Source of the DNA: Octopus bimaculoides
Lineage: Eukaryota
Direction of reading: 5' to 3'
Length of the DNA stretch: 42,162 nt
Assembly (NCBI RefSeq): GCF_001194135.2
Contig: NC_068994.1
Span: forward strand, 9,652,470 to 9,694,631
The position numbers and the translations under genes were made by a program. The notes beneath the pieces were generated by a model. That model worked only from the letters and a program-made list of their open reading frames with translations. It was not told the DNA's origin and ran no database searches. This document shows positions 11,966 through 23,825 of this stretch, one piece after another (position 1 is the first letter of the stretch; every line of letters starts with the position of its first letter).

Positions 11966-12712
11966 CAACAACAATGATGATGGTGACAATGTTAATATTA
12001 ATAATATAGTAATCATAAACTTATTTATAAACATATACTTGATAATATTAATCCCAAGAAGAAAAATATCAATAATTATAATAATATATGTGTTTTTGCG
12101 TGTTCGTGTGTATCTCTCTCCGTGTATATATNNNNNNNNNNNNNNNNNNNNNNNNNNNNNNNNNNNNNNNNNNNNNNNNNNNNNNNNNNNNNNNNNNNNN
12201 NNNNNNNNNNNNNNNNNNNNNNNNNNNNNNNNNNNNNNNNNNNNNNNNNNNNNNNNNNNNNNNNNNNNNNNNNNNNNNNNNNNNNNNNNNNNNNNNNNNN
12301 NNNNNNNNNNNNNNNNNNNNNNNNNNNNNNNNNNNNNNNNNNNNNNNNNNNNNNNNNNNNNNNNNNNNNNNNNNNNNNNNNNNNNNNNNNNNNNNNNNNN
12401 NNNNNNNNNNNNNNNNNNNNNNNNNNNNNNNNNNNNNNNNNNNNNNNNNNNNNNNNNNNNNNNNNNNNNNNNNNNNNNNNNNNNNNNNNNNNNNNNNNNN
12501 NNNNNNNNNNNNNNNNNNNNNNNNNNNNNNNNNNNNNNNNNNNNNNNNNNNNNNNNNNNNNNNNNNNNNNNNNNNNNNNNNNNNNNNNNNNNNNNNNNNN
12601 NNNNNNNNNNNNNNNNNNNNNNNNNNNNNNNNNNNNNNNNNNNNNNNNNNNNNNNNNNNNNNNNNNNNNNNNNNNNNNNNNNNNNNNNNNNNNNNNNNNN
12701 NNNNNNNNNNNN

Positions 12713-12744
<32 letters not shown>

Positions 12745-14102
12745 GCATAAATAACAATCGAATTTTAAGCAGGAACCTATTCTAGCATCATCGAGGGAAA
12801 TTATTATACGTTAATTTATAATTGCCATGGAGAAACATGTAATATATTGCATGCATACACGAATTACGCTACACATCTTAAAGAACCCCGAGCAAATTAT
12901 AATTGTAACAATGAATGAAACAATCAGTATAGTGATGCTAGTCTTCAATAATAGTAAGACTATCATTGTGAATAAATTATATTTATGCATATATAATATT
13001 TCCTCATTTCAATATAATTAAGTCTTGTATTTTTATTTATATCAAGGCTTTAAAAAAATGACGAACTCTATGTATGTATTTAGCACTATCACATAGGAGC
13101 GGATTCCCTTTGTTATACAATAAATTCACTTACGCTGGTGTGTAAAATGTGTATAATGGTGATATGTGTGCTATATATAGGTCAATAGATAGATATGGAC
13201 ATATATATCTATATATGCATGCGTGTATATGTATACATATAAATGTCCATACATATGTACTAATATATATATATGTGTGTGATCATATCCATATATATAT
13301 ATATATATATATTATAGCTGCATGTTTTCATAGTAACAAACCGAGCTGTTACGCAGTTACTTAACCACGTGGTTATTTTTCGTTTATTAACTGTTTAAAA
13401 CAGAGGCAGTTGTCACATTTGCTAGAAGTAATAGTTAAATGGAATTTAAATCACGCAAAGTCCATCTGTAGTATATCAAGTATAATTTTCAAAACATGTA
13501 CAGCGACCGTGTTGTGAGCATGTAGTTTATCAGATGTGTTGGTTTAAGTTCAAAAGACTTGCATGACAATCAGCCTTTTGGGGCCAAGTATAGTTTCCCA
13601 TGAAGATTTGGGCAGGGCACCACTTTTGTGCACACATATTTTCAGGGAATTTCTTACATTTCTTTCTTACTCTCAGTGATATTCCACGGGTACACACTTA
13701 TGATTTAATATCACTTTAGACATATTTAATTGCGTTCCTATCTTCCATTGCATTTGAAACTACTTAATGTCATCTTGAAAATCTGATGTTAAATGAGGCA
13801 AATTGCATAAGGTATTTCTGTCACAGATTGCTCTTGCGCAGTCTTTATGATCCAACCTCATTTAAAACGGTCAATTATTTGATATATATATATGTGCAAG
13901 ATACTGCAGAATTTGCCAGAGATGATGCTATTTGGAAGCTAATATAAACTGTAATATTACTTCTAATATTTATGAAGTCGAACATTTTCCGTATAATTTG
14001 AGAAAGCGTTTTACTATAATTTCATGTTATGAATTCGCATAAGGATCAGCAACATTGGCATATCCTCCAGTATAGCATGACAGTGGACATACTGTCACCA
14101 GT

Positions 14103-14480
14103 GGTTGGCACTCCGTCGGTTACGACGACGAGGGTTCCAATTGATCCGATCAACGGAACAGCCTGCTCGTGAAATTAACGTGCAAGTGGCTGAGGACTCC
14201 ACGGACACGTGTACCCTTAACGTAGTTCTCGGAGAGATTCAGCGTGACACAGAGTGTGACAAGGCTGACCTTTGAATTACAGGCACAAGAGAAACAGGAA
14301 GTAAGAGAGAAAGTTGTGGTGAAAGAGTGCAGCAGGGTTCGCCACCATCCCCTGCCGGAGCCTTGTTTAACTTTCGGTGTTTTCGCTCAATAAACACTCA
14401 CAACGACCGGTCCGGGAATCGAAACTGCAATCCTACGACTGTGATCCGCTGCCCTAACCACTGGACCATTGCGCCTCCAC
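14103..14480 (-). mobile_element. Full-length tRNA-derived SINE (family C) with 12-bp target-site duplication
   Basis: Minus-strand head GTGGAGGCGCAATGGTCCAGTGGTTAGGG (A box) ...GTTTCGATTCCC (B box). Flanked by the identical direct repeat ACTGTCACCAGT at 14091-14102 and 14481-14492. Homologous over its length to 40552-40930. Confidence 0.9.
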
Positions 14481-15227
14481 ACTGTCACCAGTACAGCAGG
14501 TGTAAAATACACCCACAATTACTGTTTAACACTAAGTAACAGAAACGTACTCGTCGATCCTCAGTATCATATTGTATTTTCCATTGCTGGCAACGCTCTT
14601 GAATAAGGATTGAAATTTCAATGTGATATGCAACCCCAACACTCGGTTACGTGATTCTTAAGGCAAACAGCCGTAAGTTTCAACAACTGGAGTAGTATAT
14701 AATCTCAAATAACCTGCAGTAGATTCTTTACGCCATATATTATTATAACGCTAAACACACGTTCTATAGAAAAGTAAATACGTGTATGAAATAGCTTGAA
14801 AGTCACCCCAAGTAGCTAAAGCTTGTAACACAGGTAATTAAAGAAAAATTCTGTGAAAATAGATTTGTCTGCCGTATGCTTCAACACTTATATGGGGATA
14901 ATAATTGCATTCTCTTCTACTGTTTCCATGGGATAATATTATTATAACACGATGATCAAATATACCTTTCAGCCAGTTATTTGAAAAGTACAAATGATTT
15001 TACGTAAATTGTATCTGACAGTAACTAAATATGTTTCTATGGTAGTATGAATATAATATTTAATATTCTCTTGTTGCTTGTTAGGTGGCGGATTAGAAAA
15101 TTTTTATTTGTTTCCAAGTATATGAATGTGTACATTGTCGTCGATAAGTTATTTGGTTTCTTCTTGACCACATCTTCCACTCTGTCCGTGTTTATGCATA
15201 CGCATACAAGCCCACACAGCATACCAC

Positions 15228-15273
<46 letters not shown>

Positions 15274-15453
15274 NNNNNNNNNNNNNNNNNNNNNNNNNNN
15301 NNNNNNNNNNNNNNNNNNNNNNNNNNNNNNNNNNNNNNNNNNNNNNNNNNNNNNNNNNNNNNNNNNNNNNNNNNNNNNNNNNNNNNNNNNNNNNNNNNNN
15401 NNNNNNNNNNNNNNNNNNNNNNNNNNNNNNNNNNNNNNNNNNNNNNNNNNNNN

Positions 15454-15501
<48 letters not shown>

Positions 15502-15525
15502 TTATATATATAGTTGAAATTTATA

Positions 15526-15690
15526 GACAAGCAAAAGACGATGCCAGGTGTATAAACAACAGGCAAGTGTATTAGACTGACGCTCGGGAAAATGAGAAAG
15601 TCGTCTACGTTTCGAGACTGAGCTCTTCAATGGAATGGAATAAGAGAAAATAAAGGGAAAGAGAATGAAAATACTTATGGATTTCGGCGG
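15526..15690 (-). mobile_element. Penelope-like terminal-repeat relic with degenerate hammerhead-like core
   Basis: Shares aaaagacga..caggtg..aaacaac...tgtattag...acgctcgggaa...acgtttc.ag.c...tcttc with 24872-25055. The minus strand contains GAAGAG-N6-CTCGAAACGTA. The Penelope assignment is inference. Confidence 0.45.
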
Positions 15691-16142
15691 TCAAAGGACA
15701 CATAACCATGTGTAGGTAAGATCGAAGAATGAAAGTGTAGGAAGTTGGTCGGCTTCAAGCAATCCGTACAAGATATAAAATAACAACTTTAGGAACAACA
15801 GTGGTTCATTGGCGCACAAGGTTCTGAATTTTTCACATATCCACGTACTTTTCTCACATAGCATACCTAAGTCTAAACATGCACCTGTACAGCAATATCA
15901 CCGAGTTGTCGTTACATTGCAAAGTTTATCAACTAAAGCAAGCGTGGTTTGTGTCTTAGATAGCATCACCAAGTGCATAATGTTAGATTTATTGATATTT
16001 AAACGTATTTTAACTTTCACAGATCGATCAGCATTATTGCCGATTGATCTTTATCTTTAGCTATGCCGATCGATGTTATAATGAACTACCGCCGTCAAAT
16101 TGGATACATATATATATATATATCTATGCATATGTGTATATG

Positions 16143-16187
<45 letters not shown>

Positions 16188-16653
16188 AAGTATCGTGTGC
16201 GTTGTGTGAGAGTGCTTCTGTGCAGATACACACGTATACATATACGTATGGACTTCATTTAAATATGTGTATTAGTCTATATACATTTGTGATTCGAAAT
16301 ATAAATTCGTATACTATTAAAATCGTTAAAACGTTAAACAGTATAACTTTTAGCAAATATTGCGTCTCTTTACTCGACGAGTCCGTGTCGTGACTTGAAC
16401 GAATTTTGGTTTCGCATAACGTACGGTGATAACGTCCTGAGTTTGGACTTGAGGAATTTGGGAGATTGCAGTTCTCAGAAGATTTTATCAGTGACATGAA
16501 ACGAGTAGTTAGTTACATTAACAATTATTCACTTCGAAAATAAATGTCAGACTCTCGTTTAAGTATTTGTCTCATATACGTGAAGCTTACAACGAAATTT
16601 ACCTCAGTGTGTGCTTCTTTGAAACTGACACCGAAAGCAATAATAATATTTAT

Positions 16654-16886
16654 TTCTTTATTGCTCACAAGGGGCTATATATATATAGAGGGGACAAACG
16701 AGGACAGATAAAGGTATTAAGTCGATTACATCGACTCCAGTACGTAACTGGTACTTATTTAATGGAGCCCGAGAAGATGAAAGGCAAAGTCTACCTCGGT
16801 GGAATTTGAACTCAGAACGTAGCGGCAGATGAAATACCGCTAAGCATTTCGCCCGGCGTGCTAACGATTCCGTCAGCTCACCGCCT
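16654..16886 (-). mobile_element. Full-length tRNA-derived SINE (family B, tail type 1)
   Basis: Minus-strand head aggcggtgagctgacggaatcgttagcacgccgggcgaaatg...gagttcaaattcc (B box), core gcctttcatc...aaataagtaccag...ggagtcgatgtaatcgactt. Flanking direct repeat AATAATAATATT at 16639-16650 and 16891-16902. Confidence 0.9.
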
Positions 16887-16987
16887 AAGAAATAATAATA
16901 TTAAGTTTACATACACAAATGTATATGAATAAGTTCCCACTATGTACAGTTTGTATAAAAGATCATTATATTTTTTCAAGAGTAAAA

Positions 16988-17195
16988 TGGCCGATGAACT
17001 AACAGACTCGTTAGGACGTCAGGCATAATGTTTGGCGGCATTTTGTCCGTCTTTACGATCTGAGTTTAAATTCTGCTGCGGCAATTTAACATTTCCGGGT
17101 GGATAAATAAGTACCAGCTGAGAACTGGAGTTGATGAAATCGAATAACCCGCTTCCCCGAACTTGCTGGCCTTCTGTCAAAGTTTGAGAACAATC
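16988..17195 (+). mobile_element. Diverged family B SINE (tail type 2), head-to-head with 16654-16886
   Basis: Aligns by eye at roughly 70% to the neighbour's head and core, with aaataagtaccag identical. The 3' tail instead resembles the copy at 5862. Confidence 0.7.
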
Positions 17196-17784
17196 TATTT
17201 TTCAAAAGTTATAATTTCTTTCTTTCAAATCTGTGAATTTATGAACTTGCGTGTTTCACAATAATGTTAGATTTTCTGATTTCATACGAATCTCAAATTG
17301 AAATGCTTCAGTTCTTTCATATTTATAAAATTATCCTGTAGTATTTCCTGTAAATTACGAATATTGAAACCTGTTATCTAAAAGATAAATCGATTTACTA
17401 TACAGAACAGCGTATTTCCATGGAACAACTTAGAAGACATCCCGCATTAACTGTAACCATTTATCGTACACAGTTGCATAGACATTCTTTAAAAATATAT
17501 AAAAACGGTGCATGTATCATCTTTAGAAATTTTATAATAATTGCATTCTTCTACAACGTATTTGCAAAGTAAGTTTTCTGAAAACTACATACTCAGATAT
17601 GCGTTCCAGCCAGGTAGGGCAAAAGTGCAAATGGTTTTGCCACAAGATGTGTATCATAGCTATTTGACTTTTGTTTTTTTTAATATCGTAAGAATTTGTA
17701 TTAAGGAATTCGTCTCAAAACTAAAAGTTTTGAATTAGAAACATTTCTCAAAGAAAACTTGTACATTCTTAAATTCTCATATAT

Positions 17785-17945
17785 AGGTGAATCCATGGCT
17801 TTGTGATAAGAACCTTGTTTCCAGACGCATGACCTCGAGTGCAGTCCCACTTCGTTGAAGTTTAGTCAAGTGTTTTTTAGTATGGCCTCGGCCGAGCAAA
17901 AGCTTGTGAGTGGATTTGGTAGACGGAAACTGAAAGGAGCCCGTA
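17785..17945 (+). mobile_element. SINE family A, 5' half (tRNA-like head)
   Basis: tggctttgtgataag...cagtcccac...caagtgttttttagtatggcctcggccgagcaaaagcttgtgagtggatttggtagacggaaactgaaaggagcccgt. The head is homologous to 29884-29942. Linking this half to the family A 3' half relies on recalled consensus. Confidence 0.7.
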
Positions 17946-17958
17946 TTACACACTACAG

Positions 17959-18189
17959 ATGGATCGGCGAATTCATAGGCTCTCTGGAAGTAAGAGAATG
18001 CTAACAGCAGTGGGCATTTGCAAGCAATTTTCTCATGAAACTGACATAAGCTTTATACCACAAACTGTAGGAAACCGCCTAAAAGAATTCGGGCTGTTCG
18101 ACCGGATCGCTCGAAGGAAACCGATAATTCACGAGACGAACCGGTGGAAGTGGATCAAGTTTGCGAAAAGCCATATTAATATGTCCTAA
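17959..18189 (+). pseudogene. Tc1-family transposase fragment (second HTH/linker region)
   Basis: DRRIHRLSGSKRMLTAVGICKQFSHETDISFIPQTVGNRLKEFGLFDRIARRKPIIHETNRWKWIKFAKSH fits the Tc1 pattern TV.RRL.E.GL.GR.ARKKP.....N...RL.FA..H. Confidence 0.75.
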
Positions 18190-18329
18190 ACTTTGAACAT
18201 ACGATCAGTTTCTCGTAATTCAACAGACAAAATCTCTCACACATCTCACGCGTTTTATAGCTTTCTGTTACGACATGTAACTATGGCTGTAAACAACAAC
18301 CCCCTCCAGAAGCTTAAACTTCACTCCCT

Positions 18330-19300
18330 CCTTAATGACCACTAGCTGCAATCCATATGTAAATTTTTGCTTATTCTTCACTCGTTTCATCTTGAGCATA
18401 TTTCTTCCTCCTAAATCAAGAGATTCTTGGCAAACTTATATAAATTGTCAATACAGTAAAAGTAATTGGAGATTTTCTCAAAGTTTAAATCTCAAACAGC
18501 GGTTTATTTCGTTTTCGATCCAATTTAATGTTTACTCAACGTATTCGTTTAAGAAATAGGAACTCATTTCTAAAATCACTCGATACCTCTTTGCAATACT
18601 GTTGCAGAAATTGTTCCATTGCTGAAAGCATTTCTTCTTCGTTTATGTTATTGAACTGATAAATTGATCCAAAGTGGATACAAATCAAATACAGTGACTT
18701 CAATTCTGTTCCAAATCATAGTAAATAGAATCTCTGGTGATAAAGTATTCGATTTGCCTGATATCAAAATGATTTTGTAATGCAAAGCTAATGGGGAATT
18801 GAGATTGAATTCTAAACTTCTCTGCGCAATACTTTACCTTTTGTAAGCATTGAACTTCATTATTCTCATATTTGTAGAAATATCATTGATACAACAGTTA
18901 ACAGATTTCTGCCTTGGATCATTTTCAGTAAATGTTACGCAGTACGCTTGTACTTAAATGGTATTTATTCTCGTCCAAGTTTGTACTGGAAGTAATTGCT
19001 CTTCAACAGCAGGTAAAACTTTTCTCGTCGTACATCAATGTAGCGCAACAGGTACAGCACTGCTGACACGTACACTTCATTTAACCCCGGAGATTTCATT
19101 CAAAGAAACCACGTTTCTATCAAAATAACTAGATGTTGTTTGATATCAACTTTCTGAATATTTGTTGAAACACTTGAAAGCAAATAATCGATTCATTGCA
19201 AACTCAATACTTTTAAGCTCTTGTGGCCTTTATTATAAAGGACAAAATATGTGCCAAAATTGTTAATATATCTTAAAGCATACAGCATCTATAATCATAA
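18330..19300 (-). pseudogene. Highly degenerate hAT-like transposase (C-terminal half)
   Basis: Frameshifted peptides NINEEEMLSAMEQFLQQYCKEVSSDFRNEFLFLKRI, SPITFTVLTIYISLP and GGRNMLKMKRVKN are reminiscent of the hAT dimerisation motif FP....L.IFLTLP.....ERSFSKLK.IKN. Many stops; the upstream boundary is uncertain. Confidence 0.4.
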
Positions 19301-19698
19301 GCTTGTCCAATTCAGACACGAAGATTTAACTTTACAAGTTCTAAAGTAGTCATTGTATTAATTCCTATACCACCTTTCGCGTGAAGTTATCGAATAAATT
19401 ATATATACTGAACTATAAAAAGAAATGTCCCATTGTAAAAGATTATTCGTTTCACACACGATATTGGGACTATATGGATTTTATCACATTCCTAAGTAAT
19501 TTGACACCAAGACTACTCTCTTTTTAAAATCACAAGGTTTGTGCGTAGGGTTCGAGCTCGCTCGCTTTTTGTAAACATGGTAATGCTCGCAAACACTTCT
19601 ACATGAACAGAATGAAGCACGTGCAAAACGTTGGCTCATTGGGCATAAAAGGCACCCAAATTTATCAGCCTGACATTTCTTTCCCGAAGGCAGAAAGC

Positions 19699-20159
19699 AT
19701 GCCAAGATTGACATGAAATCAGAGTGAGCAAGCCATCGGACGTCTCCATGATGGTCAATGTCCGTGGCTCATTGTTAATGACTTGGACTGCAGAGAGTGA
19801 TACATTTCCACAAACAGCATGATCGCCCACGCAGTGGCTGACCGAGTTACGTCAACATCGCGACCTGTACCTACAGCACATGCAGGTCCGATTCAGGAGG
19901 GCAACAGACTCAGCTAGGTAGACCATAACGACTCACCACTGACCCATTTGTGTAGAGACAGTTCGCCGCCGGCTGAGATCCCTCAGTCTGTCTTGTCGAC
20001 GTCTAGGTAAAGACCCCCGTCCTCACAGATCGTCGGCGGGGACGTCTGCAATGAGCTCAAAAACATCAGAAATGGTGATATCAGCAGTGGAGGACAGTAG
20101 TCTTCTCTGACAAAAGTCGATTTTGAATTTCTGTAGCAGAGGGCACAGCTAGGGTTTGG
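19699..20159 (+). pseudogene. Tc1-family transposase pseudogene (N-terminus through first catalytic Asp)
   Basis: MPRLT*NQSEQAIGRL...QHMQVRFRRATDSAR...ETVRRRLRSLSLSCRR, frameshift, TPVLTDRRRGRLQ*AQKHQKW*YQQWRTVVFSDKSRF (Tc1 W..V.FSDESRF motif). The 5' noncoding part probably extends to ~19485. Confidence 0.85.
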
Positions 20160-20375
20160 GGGCTACATCTGCTTTTCTTGCCCTTAGAGATTTAGAAATA
20201 GACACCATTGCATCATACACTGAATTCTTTAAAAAAGAAGGATATAATGGAAAATTTTGAGTAGCTGAATCATTCAATAGAATCTTTGCTTTTTTGCTCA
20301 ACTGGCAAACATCCTCTTCGTTGATGTATACCTAGTTATTTCCAAAACAAATCATAAATACGTTTTCTGTTCCAG

Positions 20376-20393
20376 AGAGAAAAGTATGGCAAT
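20376..20393 (+). other. Candidate 18-nt microexon
   Basis: cgttttctgttccAG|AGAGAAAAGTATGGCAAT|GTAAGT: strong acceptor, consensus donor, length divisible by 3, open in all three phases (REKYGN in phase 0). Confidence 0.25.
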
Positions 20394-21163
20394 GTAAGTT
20401 TTGTTTTCCTTTTATCTTCCTTTACGACATATAATTATTAGTTTCGTAATAAAAAACGATTAGCTGGTTAATAATCAGTTATGAAACTTCCAGACAGCTA
20501 TTAATCGATCAGTATATATTTTCGGTTAATTTCAAACCCTCGTATGAATAATTACTAGATACAACATTATCGCACAGAGGTAAATGGTGAAAAAAAGAAA
20601 ATCTATCTGATACGCGTATACAAATTTGTTCAAATGTTAGATTGATGACATATTTCTTCAATTTGTTCGTGTCTTAGTAAAGAAAGGTTATTATATTGTA
20701 CTTATGTTTCTCTTTATTCCGTGCATAAGGAAGCGACTGCTTGAATTTCGCACGTTTACTCCAAAATGACTGAGCGTCTCCTAAGTTCCGTTTGCTCCAA
20801 CCAGCGGAGATACATGCAGATGCAATAAGGTAAAGCTAGACATGGGAATCCTTCTAGAAAACCAAATATCCCCTGTAAGATTTGTTTGACTGCGGTATAC
20901 ACATACACATACACACACGCACTCACGCGCACACACATACATTTTTTCCAATTTTCAAGGTTGTTCATCATTGTTTTTTCAGTCTGCAGACAAATGGTTA
21001 AAATTTGCCCTGTTTATAATTATACCATATGTTACATATAATATATATATAGATATTATAGATAGATAGAGAGATAAATATATTCATACATAACATACAT
21101 GTACACACACGCTCACACTCCCGAACAGACACACACACACGAATATTTAAATTGGAATCCGTC

Positions 21164-21397
21164 GTGGAAGCGCATGAGTTAGTGGTTAGAGTGTCAGGTA
21201 ATCGATCGTAGGAGTGTGGTTTCGATTCCTAAGTCGGGTGATATTTTGGGTTCATGAGCAAAACACTTTATTTCATGTTGGTCCTGTCCACTAACCTTCC
21301 ACAAGAATGAGTAATCCTAGGACGGCTCAGTGTCCCGTCCAATATGACACCGAATTTAACACTTATGAACTTATCGGTCTAGGACGACCTGTGAACC
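21164..21397 (+). mobile_element. Diverged tRNA-derived SINE (family D: head like family C, different body)
   Basis: gtggaagcgcatgagttagtggttagagtg (A-box region) ...ggtttcgattcc (B box), then gagcaaaacactttatttcatgttg...gtccact...tcctaggacggctcagtgtcccgtcca, resembling CORE/V-SINE-type central domains (inference). Confidence 0.7.
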
Positions 21398-22220
21398 TTT
21401 CTATTTATTTCCTTGAGGTATGCGTTTATGTGTCTCTATCTTTGTAGATACACTGATGTTGATGTGCGCAGAAACACAGCATTTCTCTCTTTCCCTTTTT
21501 TATATGTTTTTTAGAATATCATATAAACAAAAACGTTCCGAACTTCATCACGGTTTTTGGATCATAATGATATGCGCACAAATGTTTGTCGTTGTGCAAA
21601 AGCTGATTTATACAGAAAATATACATTAAAGAAACTGCTATCAAATAGAGGCTTACATCGGTCACTGAAGTTGTCTATAGTTAATAAATAAGAGCATGAA
21701 AGTATGAAAATCTCATTATAACTCAAATGCACAATGTGTGTAGAACTGAAACAGATAACGTATCAGTATCAATGAACATTTGTTGTTTATCAAACAAAGA
21801 CTAATTAAAAGTATTAATTAACATATGTAATTTCTAGAAGATAGGAGTATGCGACAGCTTAAGAAATCCCAGTACTTACTATCTACTTTATCTTCAACAG
21901 CCTTATGCCTTCCTATAATTATCAAATTCATATGATAAACAATTGACGAGAAATTCGCTGTTACACAACCGCTACTAAATGTATTTCTGATTCCATGATA
22001 CATACATCATTTAATATTTCTCGGTATAATATAGTCTCTGGGTTTCGTTTAATCGTTTGGTATAGATTTCATCATTCTTGAGTTACGAATATCTATGGCG
22101 AGTGAGCGAAAAAATTCTGAGTTGCTGCTTGTTGCTTTCACTGATGAAGTGGTTACGCCCCCTACACAATTAGATCCAAGTAGATTTATTCTTGATTAAA
22201 TCTATTTCGGTATTTTTTAA

Positions 22221-22224
<4 letters not shown>

Positions 22225-22307
<83 letters not shown>

Positions 22308-22345
22308 TTATTTGTTTATTTATTTATTTATTTATTTATCTATAT
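22225..22345. repeat. (TA)n followed by (TTTA)n microsatellite
   Basis: Direct inspection. Confidence 0.95.
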
Positions 22346-22556
22346 GTATGTATGTCTGTGTACGGAATATGTGTGTGTGCTAAATATGAGTCCGTGCGAA
22401 ATTGAGACATATAAGATATGAACAATGCAAGTTACGTAACTTCTTATTCAACAGTTCTATGGAGAATACAGTGAAACTATTAATTGCATCACCTGTTAAG
22501 TTTGGAAGTTTGGTATTATATATGCGTGTGTCTGTATGTGTGTACATGTATATAAA

Positions 22557-22592
<36 letters not shown>

Positions 22593-23714
22593 AATACATG
22601 TATGTCTGTATGGATACATGTAGGTTGGTAAAAGCAAAGACATGTGGGCAGTCATATTTTTATAGCGATATATTGAGAATTCCTCGTAATAAAATGTCAC
22701 CCTGCATACACACGCATATGTTCGCGTTGGCTTCTCTGAGACAACTATTATAATAATTGCATTAATAAACAAGAGTATTATAAAATATATAAACGGAAAC
22801 AATTTCGTTTAAACTGAGATGCTTAAATACTACTTTTTTTTTTCTAATTCCTATTCTATTCCTCGTCATTTCAAACTCCGTACCATATGTGATTATCTCA
22901 TGAAGAAAACGTTTACTGCGCTATTACAACATACAAATAATATAATTTAATGAAATCTATCTTAAAGGACATATTTCATATTGAAACAAAGAAATGAAAG
23001 CTTAATTTTTTTTATCAGCGAATCAAAACGTGCTAATTTTAAAGCTATTCACATAATTGATTGTCAATTTCTCAGTTTCCTGTGGGAATGAAAGCTATGC
23101 TGTTTATTTTTCTGTATTTTGTATAATGAAATTCTCTAATATGCTTTTAAGGAAATCTTTTCATATGTGTCATTATGTGCAGTATAATCATTTCAGAAGT
23201 AAATTGAACATACTTAAAATGAATCTCAGTTTTGACAACTTAATATAATGGACCCATGTACTACAGGTACCAGAAATAATAGAGCTACAAAACTGACATT
23301 TTTATAACCGTTAGAAATTGAGATTTTGATTGTTTTCAATTCTACATGTTGCTCGATTTATTTTAGCAGTTTATTTTCCTACATATTGCTTGTTTTGTTA
23401 TATCTCTTATTCATAGTTTGGTATTAATACAGTTTTGTATTTAAGAAAAAAAATTACTCGTAAATTGATTTCGATATATGTATATCTCAATTCATGGACA
23501 TGAGACGTTTTGGCATGGCCCTTTTGGCGCTGTATATTTAGAATCGTTGAGACGGCGTTGACTTTCTTGCCCTCAGACTTTCTAATGTTTCTCTCATTCT
23601 TCCCTTGTCTGTGTTTGTGTATATATGTGAACATATTTTCCTTTCCTTATATGAGGTGAGAAAAATACTTATGGCAATCGTGTTCAGCAAATAAATTTTG
23701 ATATCTTTCTTTTT

Positions 23715-23731
23715 CCTCTCTCTTTCTCTCA

Positions 23732-23823
<92 letters not shown>

Positions 23824-23825
23824 AC
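23715..23825. repeat. (CT)n polypyrimidine microsatellite
   Basis: Direct inspection. Confidence 0.95.
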
